Origin: Chitinophagaceae bacterium
Lineage (GTDB): Bacteria > Bacteroidota > Bacteroidia > Chitinophagales > Chitinophagaceae
DNA length: 15,567 bases
NCBI GenBank assembly: GCA_035326305.1
Contig: DAOLFO010000041.1
Span: forward strand, 1-15,567
Reading direction: 5' to 3'
Position numbers and translations under genes: made by a program. Under the pieces are notes generated by a model, which worked only from the letters and a program-made list of their open reading frames with translations, made no database searches and was not told where the DNA came from. This document shows, piece by piece, positions 6,207 through 13,074 of the stretch (the stretch's first letter is position 1; the number at the start of each line of letters is the position of its first letter).

Positions 6207-7307
6207 ATGAAAAAAGTAAAAGTAAATGAATACCAGGTGGCGCTGGTTTTCAAAGACGGGGAGTATAAGAGGATGCTGACCAAAGGCGTGTACTGGTTTT
6301 GGGGAAATGAAGTGATACAGTATTATGATAAAACCAGGCCATTTGCAGCACCGATTGACCTGAATATCCTTTTGCAGGATAAAGCGCTGGCCGATGCCCT
6401 GTATGTAACCGATGTAAAAGAGAACGAGATAGTACTGCAGTATGAGCAGGGATTGCTGAGCAACGTGCTGGTTGCCGGAAGGTATGCTTTCTGGAAAGGT
6501 ATTGTTGATTATAAATTTGTATGGGCGGATATTGGTAAGATAGCCATCACTGAAGATATCAGCAGGACTATACTGATGAGCAGGCAGGTAGCGCCATATG
6601 TGCGTACCGTAAATGTGGAGAATTATGAAAAAGCGATCCTGTTTGCAGACGGTAAATATGACCGGGTGCTTGACAGCGGTGTGTACTACTGGTGGAAGAA
6701 CAGCATCACAGTGCATATAGCGAGGGTGGACATGCGCCAGCAGCAACTGGAGATCAATGGCCAGGAAATACTGACCAGGAATAAAGCGGCATTGCGCATC
6801 AATGCGTGGGCACAGTATAGGGTAGCAGATATAGAGACAGCTATATTGGATAACAAGGAGTATGATAAGCAGCTCTATGTAGCTTTCCAACTGGCCCTGC
6901 GGGAATATGTGGCCGGCTTCAGTTTTGATGAGCTGCTGGAGAAGAAAGATACCGTTGCAAAGTTTGTGCTGGAGCAAATGAAGCAGAAAGCAAAAGAGCT
7001 GGGCGTGGACGTGAATGACTTCGGCATCAGGGATATCATATTGCCGGGTGATGTGAAAGAGATCATGAACCAGGTACTGATAGCAGAGAAGAAAGCACAG
7101 GCTAACACTATCATGCGCCGGGAAGAAACAGCCAGCACCCGGAGCCTGCTGAACACTGCCAAACTGATGGAGGATAATGTAATGCTATGGAAGCTGAAGG
7201 AAATGGAGTATGTAGAGAAAATTGCAGATAAGATCACTAACATCAGTGTAAATGGTAACGGTGACCTGGTAAGCCAGTTGAAGCAGATATTTGTGGCGCA
7301 GAAATAA
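6207..7307 (+). CDS. SPFH/band-7 (stomatin/slipin-like) domain protein with a duplicated N-terminal module
   Basis: 366 aa. The N-terminus has an internal repeat (NEYQVALVFKDGEYKRMLTKGVYWFWG vs ENYEKAILFADGKYDRVLDSGVYYWWK). An SPFH core follows (LEINGQEILTRNKAALRINAWAQYRV...ILPGDVKEIMNQVLIAEKKAQANTIMRREE) with a coiled-coil-like C-terminus. Confidence 0.8.
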   Translation: MKKVKVNEYQVALVFKDGEYKRMLTKGVYWFWGNEVIQYYDKTRPFAAPIDLNILLQDKALADALYVTDVKENEIVLQYEQGLLSNVLVAGRYAFWKGIVDYKFVWADIGKIAITEDISRTILMSRQVAPYVRTVNVENYEKAILFADGKYDRVLDSGVYYWWKNSITVHIARVDMRQQQLEINGQEILTRNKAALRINAWAQYRVADIETAILDNKEYDKQLYVAFQLALREYVAGFSFDELLEKKDTVAKFVLEQMKQKAKELGVDVNDFGIRDIILPGDVKEIMNQVLIAEKKAQANTIMRREETASTRSLLNTAKLMEDNVMLWKLKEMEYVEKIADKITNISVNGNGDLVSQLKQIFVAQK

Positions 7308-7312
7308 ACACA

Positions 7313-7346
7313 CATCCGGTGCCGGCCGGTGCCGGATGTTTTTTAT
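7313..7346 (+). terminator. Strong rho-independent terminator (CATCCGGTGCCGG/CCGGTGCCGGATG hairpin + TTTTTTAT)
   Basis: A GC-rich stem of about 11-13 bp centred on CCGGCCGG, followed by a T6 run, 6 nt after the SPFH stop. Confidence 0.75.
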
Positions 7347-7352
7347 TTGAAA

Positions 7353-7405
7353 TGAGATTTGAAGTTTGAGGTTTAATGTTTAAAAGGTTCAGGAGGTTTA
7401 AAAAT
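7353..7405 (+). repeat. Copy C of the heptamer-array repeat (tgagatttgaa gtttgag gtttaat gtttaaa aggttcag gaggtttaaaaa)
   Basis: Seen directly. It lies between the SPFH terminator and the rtcB start, and its left end TGAGATTTG is identical to copy B. Confidence 0.8.
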
Positions 7406-7411
7406 AGTTTT

Positions 7412-8857
7412 ATGAGCAAATTAAAAATAACAGGGAAAGACCTGAGAGCTATTGATTACCCGGAGGGCCCGGTGATCAGCATAGCCATGCGTGTGGTGCA
7501 TAAGCATTACAAGCATCATGAAAAGGAGGAGGTAATGGACATATTAAAAAGAATACTGGCGGAGCCGGTGGAGTATGAGAAGGATGCGGTGCTGGGATTG
7601 ATAGCAGCGCAACTAATGCCAAAGAAGAAGGAAGGGAATGCAGAAATATCATTGAACCAGCAGGGAATACAATTTAGTGTATTCGGGCAGGAGCATATTG
7701 AAGAAGGGGCGATGCACCAGATGTACCAGGCGGCAAAGTTGCCCATAGCAGTTGCAGGTGCTTTGATGCCGGATGCCCATAGCGGGTACGGACTGCCTAT
7801 TGGTGGCGTATTAGCTACGCAAAATGCAGTGATACCTTATGGTGTGGGAGTAGACATCGGGTGCCGGATGTGCCTGAGCCTGTATGATATTGATCCAAAA
7901 GAGCTGGTGAACCGGGAGGCATTTTTTATACGGGAGCTGGGTGTGGCTACACTGTTTGGAAGCGGTGCACAATTTCAGCAAGCTGCCGATCATGCCGTGA
8001 TGGAGAATGAGCTGTTCAGGCAATTGCCATTGCTTAAACCCTTGCACGGAAGGGCATGGAAACAATTGGGATCATCCGGCTCCGGTAATCACTTTGCCGA
8101 ATTTGGGATAGTGGAAATAGCAGAGAAGGATGCTGTGCCGGGTGTGGAAGCGGGAAGCTATGTAGGTTTTCTGACGCACTCCGGTTCACGGGCATTGGGG
8201 GCCAATATTGCCAACCATTATACAAAGCTGGCCATCAGCAAAAGACGGCTGCCGCAGGAAGCGAAAAACCTGGCCTGGCTGACACTTGATGAAGCAGAGG
8301 GACATGAGTACTGGCTGGCGATGAACCTGGCCGGGGATTATGCATCGGCCTGCCACCATGTGATGCACGATAAGATTGCTAAACAACTGGGAAGAAAACC
8401 ACTAAAGCGGGTGGAGAACCACCACAACTTTGCCTGGAAGGAAATGTATGAAGGGCAGGAGGTAATTGTACACAGAAAAGGCGCTACACCTGCAGGGAAA
8501 GATGTGCTGGGTATTATTCCCGGTTCGATGACGGCAGCCGGGTTTATTGTAAAAGGTAAAGGAGAGGTTGCCTCTGTCAACTCAGCATCCCATGGTGCAG
8601 GAAGAAAGATGAGCCGCAGCAAAGCACTGCAATCAGTAACGGACAGGCAAATGAGAGAGGAACTGGATAAGCATGGCGTGAAACTGCTGGGTGGCGGACT
8701 GGATGAATCGCCATTTGCTTACAAGGACATTCATGTAGTGATGCAATCGCAACAATTGCTGGTGGATATAGTAGGACAGTTTACGCCAAAAATTGTAAAG
8801 ATGGATGGCGCACCACATAAGCAGTGGGGGAAGAAGGGTTCGGGAGGCAGGGTTTAA
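7412..8857 (+). CDS. rtcB: RNA-splicing ligase RtcB (3'-phosphate/2',3'-cyclic phosphate to 5'-OH RNA ligase)
   Basis: MPDAHSGYGLPIGGVLAT...IPYGVGVDIGCRM, GSGNHFAEF, ENHHNFAW and SASHGAGRKMSR are hallmark RtcB metal/GTP-binding motifs. The ORF-track start at 7376 reads through repeat C (MFKRFRRFKNSF), so Met at 7412 (MSKLKITGKDL) is the more likely start. Confidence 0.9.
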   Translation: MSKLKITGKDLRAIDYPEGPVISIAMRVVHKHYKHHEKEEVMDILKRILAEPVEYEKDAVLGLIAAQLMPKKKEGNAEISLNQQGIQFSVFGQEHIEEGAMHQMYQAAKLPIAVAGALMPDAHSGYGLPIGGVLATQNAVIPYGVGVDIGCRMCLSLYDIDPKELVNREAFFIRELGVATLFGSGAQFQQAADHAVMENELFRQLPLLKPLHGRAWKQLGSSGSGNHFAEFGIVEIAEKDAVPGVEAGSYVGFLTHSGSRALGANIANHYTKLAISKRRLPQEAKNLAWLTLDEAEGHEYWLAMNLAGDYASACHHVMHDKIAKQLGRKPLKRVENHHNFAWKEMYEGQEVIVHRKGATPAGKDVLGIIPGSMTAAGFIVKGKGEVASVNSASHGAGRKMSRSKALQSVTDRQMREELDKHGVKLLGGGLDESPFAYKDIHVVMQSQQLLVDIVGQFTPKIVKMDGAPHKQWGKKGSGGRV

Positions 8858-8892
8858 AGTTCAAAGTTTAAAGTTCAAGGTTTAAGGTTGGG
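8851..8892 (+). repeat. Copy D of the heptamer-array repeat (ggtttaaa gttcaaa gtttaaa gttcaag gtttaag gttggg)
   Basis: Seen directly. The rtcB stop codon TAA (8855-8857) lies inside the first unit. Its right end gtttaaggttggg matches copy B. Confidence 0.8.
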
Positions 8893-8965
8893 ACAGAATG
8901 GTTTTTGTCGCATTTGCCCCGTATAATAGTCGGCTATAGCACGCCTGTGGTAAAGTGTGCGGATA

Positions 8966-8973
8966 TAATTTTG
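8966..8973 (+). promoter_or_regulatory. Candidate Bacteroidetes -7 element TAATTTTG about 22 nt upstream of the DoxX-like gene
   Basis: It matches TAnnTTTG exactly, but there is no clear -33 TTTG partner. Confidence 0.2.
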
Positions 8974-8994
8974 TTGTACTAAAACCAACGAATC

Positions 8995-9387
8995 ATGAAG
9001 ACGTACAAAATTATTTACTGGATATCCACTTCCCTGTTATTCATTTTTCAGGGAGTGATGCCTGCCCTGACCGGGCATACAGAAATGGCAAAAGAAGGGA
9101 TACGCCATCTTGGTTATCCCGAATATTTCGGAACAGCCTTAACAGTGGCCAAAGTGATCGGCGCCGTAGCGCTGATCCTTCCGCAGGTACCACGTACGGT
9201 CAGGGAGTGGGCTTATGCCGGCTTTGCCTTTGATTTTACTTTTGCTTTTATCAGCCTGGTGGCGGTGGATGGCTGGATGGCCAGCTCCTTTTTCCCATTA
9301 GTGACAATGGCGGTGCTGATTATCTCCTATTACTGTTATCACCGGCTGCGGGCAGCCCGCGCATTATCATCAGTGCGCAGCCTGTAA
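8995..9387 (+). CDS. DoxX-like family membrane protein
   Basis: 130 aa with four predicted TM segments. MKTYKIIYWISTSLL...HLGYPEYFGTALTVAKVIGAVALILPQVPRTVREWAYAGFAFDF follows the DoxX-like pattern (HLGFP.YF, KEWAYAGF). Confidence 0.65.
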   Translation: MKTYKIIYWISTSLLFIFQGVMPALTGHTEMAKEGIRHLGYPEYFGTALTVAKVIGAVALILPQVPRTVREWAYAGFAFDFTFAFISLVAVDGWMASSFFPLVTMAVLIISYYCYHRLRAARALSSVRSL

Positions 9388-9420
9388 TGCCGGTTGTTTT
9401 AATTGTATAACCATATAAAG

Positions 9421-9452
9421 AAAAGGCAGCGCTACACTGCCTTTTCTTTTTC
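9421..9452. terminator. Bidirectional rho-independent terminator between convergent genes (AAAAGGCAG-cgctaca-CTGCCTTTTCTTTTT)
   Basis: Hairpin GGCAG/CTGCC with an A-run on the 5' side and a T-run on the 3' side. It overlaps the stop codon of the minus-strand META gene and lies 38 nt after the DoxX stop. Confidence 0.65.
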
Positions 9453-9857
9453 TATGCTGAATACCAGCAGTAACGTATCGCCCTGGTACAAGCGCAGTAT
9501 ATCATTTTCTGCAGCATACTTATCTGCCTGTGCCAGCAGTTGAAAAAACTGGTCTTCTGTTCCCTGTACGGCTTCGCAATACATTTTGGTAGAAAACAGG
9601 TGCTGTATGCTGATGCTGTCATTGCTGATTTGCAGGCTGCCGCCAAAACTATTGCAACTACCGTTGCCGCTCACACGGTTTTGCTCCGTGTCGAACCGGA
9701 TGAATGCTTTTGTATTAACAGCAATGCTGCTGTCACCCAGCTTTATTTCTTTGAGCAGCCATTTTTTGCCACCGGGCAAACCTGTGTTTATATCCTGGTG
9801 AGCTGAAGCCGCAATGGCTATAAAAAGGAATGATGCGATGATGCTTATTTTGTTCAT
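9432..9857 (-). CDS. META domain (HslJ-like) protein with signal peptide
   Basis: 141 aa with an N-terminal signal peptide. AFIRFDTEQNRVSGNGSCNSFGGSLQI...STKMYCEAVQGTEDQFFQLL closely parallels the HslJ/META motifs (RVSGFSGCNRFFGSY...STRMACLSGMEQEQRFLQAL). Confidence 0.7.
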   Translation of the reverse strand: MNKISIIASFLFIAIAASAHQDINTGLPGGKKWLLKEIKLGDSSIAVNTKAFIRFDTEQNRVSGNGSCNSFGGSLQISNDSISIQHLFSTKMYCEAVQGTEDQFFQLLAQADKYAAENDILRLYQGDTLLLVFSIEKEKAV

Positions 9858-10054
9858 CTGTATTTATTTTATGACTTACAGATGAAAGCTGCTGTTTTAT
9901 TACACAACTATTTTTTGCCAGGAAAGATAAAATACTGTTAAGGAGCCGTGCTTTAACCGGGCAACCGGGCGGCGTGCATCGTGTACTGTACATTCCCTGT
10001 CACAGCCAATCACTAAATCGGGAATCTCTAAATCTTACACCATCAAATCAGCCG

Positions 10055-11254
10055 CTATACTTTAATGTAAATTTTCTTTTTATCCAGCCACCAGCAGATA
10101 AACCACATAAAGGTAATGACCGTGAGCGCATACAGCAGTGAACCCACTTCCGGCGTTTGTGGCAATACCTTAGACCATACATGCTTATACAGCCAGTTCC
10201 AGGGTGTGCTGCCGTCTGCAAAACGTATAAGGTTGAGCCCTTTGGGCAAAAAGGCGCTGAGGGCAAAAACGAAAAGCGCATTTTTGCCAAATACATCAAA
10301 GAAGCGGGTGAGCGCATTTTTAACCTCTTTTATTTCTATGATATAAATCATTGCTGCAATAATCGCCAGCGCCAGCCCGGTGGTATATACTACATAGGAG
10401 CTTGTCCATATTTTTTTGTTAATGGGAAACACCATATCCCAGGCATAGCCTGTAATGAGTAAAATACAGGCGGCCAGGAACAATCCTGTTATCATAGGAT
10501 AAAGTACACCGCCTTTGAGCAAGGTTGTTTTTGCCATTTCGGCCTGCAGCAGTGTTTGCTGCGGCTTGTTGCGGATATAAAAACCCACGAGGTAACCAAA
10601 TAATACCTGAACGATGGCCGGAAGGGTGCTCATCAGCCCTTCGGGATCGAAAGGCACGCCTTCTCCCTTGTACAGGTGGGCAGTGCCGAGTATTTCTTTG
10701 TCAATGTCTGTTCCAAACCAGCCGGCCAGGCTGTAAGGGTCACCGGGATTGCCCAGGTAGCAAAGCACCCAGTATAATAATAGGAGCAGGAGGCCAGCGA
10801 GGAAAGCTCCCCTGACTTTGCAGTAATAAATAATAATAGCAGCAAAGAAATAGCAAACAGCAATGCGCTGCAGTACGCCAAAAATGCGTACGCCGCTTTC
10901 GGGATTATCGGGGTTTACCCAGTGGCGGAATACCAGCTCCCCTTCCTTCCAGCTTACAAAAGGCCACCAGTTGAGAAACAGGCCTATAAGAAAAATAAGC
11001 AGGCTGCGCTTAATGACTTTTTTCCAGAAAAGGGCTGCGCCGCCCTGCTCCAGCCGGGGCATCACAAAGGCAAGGGCATTGCCCACGGCAAATAAAAAGA
11101 AGGGAAATACCAGGTCAGTCGGTGTCAATCCATGCCAGGGGGCATGCTTGAGCGGGGCAAACATATGGCTCCAGGAGCCGGGATTGTTGACCAGTATCAT
11201 GAGGCAGACAGTGGCGCCGCGAAAAACATCGAGGGAGTAAAAACGGGAGTTCAA
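10055..11254 (-). CDS. DUF5009/DUF1624 membrane acyltransferase, heparan-alpha-glucosaminide N-acetyltransferase (HGSNAT)-like
   Basis: 399 aa, multi-pass membrane protein. The N-terminus SLDVFRGATVCLMILVNNPGSWSHMFAPLKHAPWHGLTPTDLVFPFFLFAVG is the characteristic signature of this family. Confidence 0.75.
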   Translation of the reverse strand: MNSRFYSLDVFRGATVCLMILVNNPGSWSHMFAPLKHAPWHGLTPTDLVFPFFLFAVGNALAFVMPRLEQGGAALFWKKVIKRSLLIFLIGLFLNWWPFVSWKEGELVFRHWVNPDNPESGVRIFGVLQRIAVCYFFAAIIIYYCKVRGAFLAGLLLLLLYWVLCYLGNPGDPYSLAGWFGTDIDKEILGTAHLYKGEGVPFDPEGLMSTLPAIVQVLFGYLVGFYIRNKPQQTLLQAEMAKTTLLKGGVLYPMITGLFLAACILLITGYAWDMVFPINKKIWTSSYVVYTTGLALAIIAAMIYIIEIKEVKNALTRFFDVFGKNALFVFALSAFLPKGLNLIRFADGSTPWNWLYKHVWSKVLPQTPEVGSLLYALTVITFMWFICWWLDKKKIYIKV

Positions 11255-11590
11255 AGCTGGTTGGTTTGGATAAATGTAGCTTATTGTGGGGGGAAAAGCA
11301 AATGGTGAGGGACTTGTTGAGGGGTTGAGTTGTTGAGGATGAGATTAAGATAACGGTGGGGTGGATAAAATAAGTTGATAGTGCGGGAGACGGCAACGGC
11401 CAACGAACAACAGGCCGGATGCCGGGTCATGAGCTGCGGATGGGTGTTTAAACACCAGTATTGGTTTCCCTATGAAAATAGCTGTGTAAGGAAGTACGGA
11501 AATAATTTATGGCAATAATTTTGTGGCGCCGGCTGCCAAATCTTATTAACCGCTGGGGATAATTGATTCAAGCTAAGCCAATTTTATTCC

Positions 11591-11621
11591 TTTGCCAGTC
11601 CCATGCACCCACCTATATTTG
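11591..11621 (+). promoter_or_regulatory. Bacteroidetes sigma-A-type promoter TTTG-N19-TATATTTG driving the upxY-wza-wzc operon
   Basis: TTTG at 11591-11594, a 19-nt spacer, then TATATTTG at 11614-11621. This matches the TTTG/TAnnTTTG consensus described for Bacteroides. It lies about 115 nt upstream of the upxY-like start. Confidence 0.5.
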
Positions 11622-11734
11622 CAGGCAGATGGCAATGAAATGCTGTCTTTTCCGTTATAGTGTCCTGATTTTTAACAGTTACACAAAAAATGCCTGTGAC
11701 TGACGTGGCGAAGCCATGCACAAGCGCAAATGCT

Positions 11735-12232
11735 ATGAGCCGCAAGTGGTTAGCAATTTACAGCCGCCCCCGGTGGGAAAAAAAAGTGAACCAGCTCCTG
11801 ATAGAGAAAGGGTTGGAGAGCTATTGCCCTCTCAATAAAGTAAAGAGAAAGTGGAGCGACCGGATAAAGGTGGTGGAGGAGCCCCTGTTTAAATCCTACG
11901 TGTTTGTAAAGGTGAATGATGATGACCGGACTGCGGTGCGGATGACGCCCGGTGTCATCAACTTTGTATATACAGAAGGTAAGCCTGCTGTGATCAGGGA
12001 AAAAGAGATAGCGGCAATCAGGCTTTTTCTGGATGAATATGAGCATGTGCTGGTGGAGCCGCTGGAACTGAAAGTGAACCAGAAAGTGCGGGTGATGGCC
12101 GGCCCTTTTATGGATAAGGAAGGAAAAGTGCTGGCCGTGCGGCAGAAAATGGCCAAAGTGGCGATTGAAAGCCTGGGTTACCAACTGGTGGCGCATATTG
12201 ACAGAACTAAACTAACTTCGGCGGAATCCTGA
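11735..12232 (+). CDS. UpxY family transcription antiterminator (NusG-like, KOW domain)
   Basis: MSRKWLAIYSRPRWEKKVNQLLIEKGLESYCPL is an NGN-domain start. KVRVMAGPFMDKEGKV is a KOW motif. It is the first gene of a polysaccharide locus, as is typical for UpxY. The ORF-track start at 11690 is probably too far upstream. Confidence 0.75.
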   Translation: MSRKWLAIYSRPRWEKKVNQLLIEKGLESYCPLNKVKRKWSDRIKVVEEPLFKSYVFVKVNDDDRTAVRMTPGVINFVYTEGKPAVIREKEIAAIRLFLDEYEHVLVEPLELKVNQKVRVMAGPFMDKEGKVLAVRQKMAKVAIESLGYQLVAHIDRTKLTSAES

Positions 12233-12267
12233 ACCGGGATACAGCCAGTTGCCGTTAAAGACAATCC

Positions 12268-13044
12268 ATGAAACGCTTTTCATTTTTCCTGCTTCTCTTA
12301 TTTTCCGTCTTTTTATTTTCCTGTAAAACACAGCAGAAAATGCCTTTGTATTTGCAGGATGTAAAGGATACCACCGGTATCGGCATTAAGGTGCCGGAGT
12401 TGCGGATACAGAAGTATGACCGTCTGTCAATACAGGTATACAGCGCCAGTACAAAACGGGAAGTTTCGGATGCTCCTTATAACCTGCCGTCGTTGGGCGG
12501 CAACGGAGAATCGGGTGGTGCAGCAGGCCTGCTGGTGGATGCCAACGGTAATATTGAATACCCGAGAGCGGGCCTTATCCATGCAGAAGGGATGACCAAG
12601 CTGGAGTTGGCTGAGTATATCCGGAAAAAGATCAATGAAAATGACACGGTGCTCACTGATCCGGCGGTGATCATCAACTTTCAGAACCTGAAAGTATCTG
12701 TGCTGGGAGAGGTGAAAGCACCCGGCCCTATTACATTTCCCAATGAACGGGTGACGATACTGGAAGCCATCAGCATGGCTGGGGATCTGACTGATTTTGG
12801 CAAAAAAGAAGAAGTAAAAATCATCCGGGAAAACCAGGGGCAGCAGGAAATAGCAGTAGTGGATCTTTCGTCAAAGGAGATCTTTACCTCACCTTACTAT
12901 CATTTAAAGCAAAATGATGTGGTGATTGTCTATCCCCAAAGTAAAAAAGCCAGGCGGCAGGACCAGGAAACATTTTTCCGGCAGGCCGGCTTTATCATCA
13001 GCATTATTACCGCAACAGCCGTTGTTGTACGGTTGTTTCAATAA
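12268..13044 (+). CDS. Polysaccharide export protein (Wza/BexD-like, Poly_export + SLBB domains), signal peptide/lipoprotein-like N-terminus
   Basis: 258 aa with N-terminal MKRFSFFLLLLFSVFLFSCK. VSVLGEVKAPGPITFPNERVTILEAISMAGDLTDFG is the SLBB/polysaccharide-export signature. Confidence 0.8.
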   Translation: MKRFSFFLLLLFSVFLFSCKTQQKMPLYLQDVKDTTGIGIKVPELRIQKYDRLSIQVYSASTKREVSDAPYNLPSLGGNGESGGAAGLLVDANGNIEYPRAGLIHAEGMTKLELAEYIRKKINENDTVLTDPAVIINFQNLKVSVLGEVKAPGPITFPNERVTILEAISMAGDLTDFGKKEEVKIIRENQGQQEIAVVDLSSKEIFTSPYYHLKQNDVVIVYPQSKKARRQDQETFFRQAGFIISIITATAVVVRLFQ

Positions 13045-13074
13045 AACCTTCTTTTATTTTATTAATCCTGTTTA

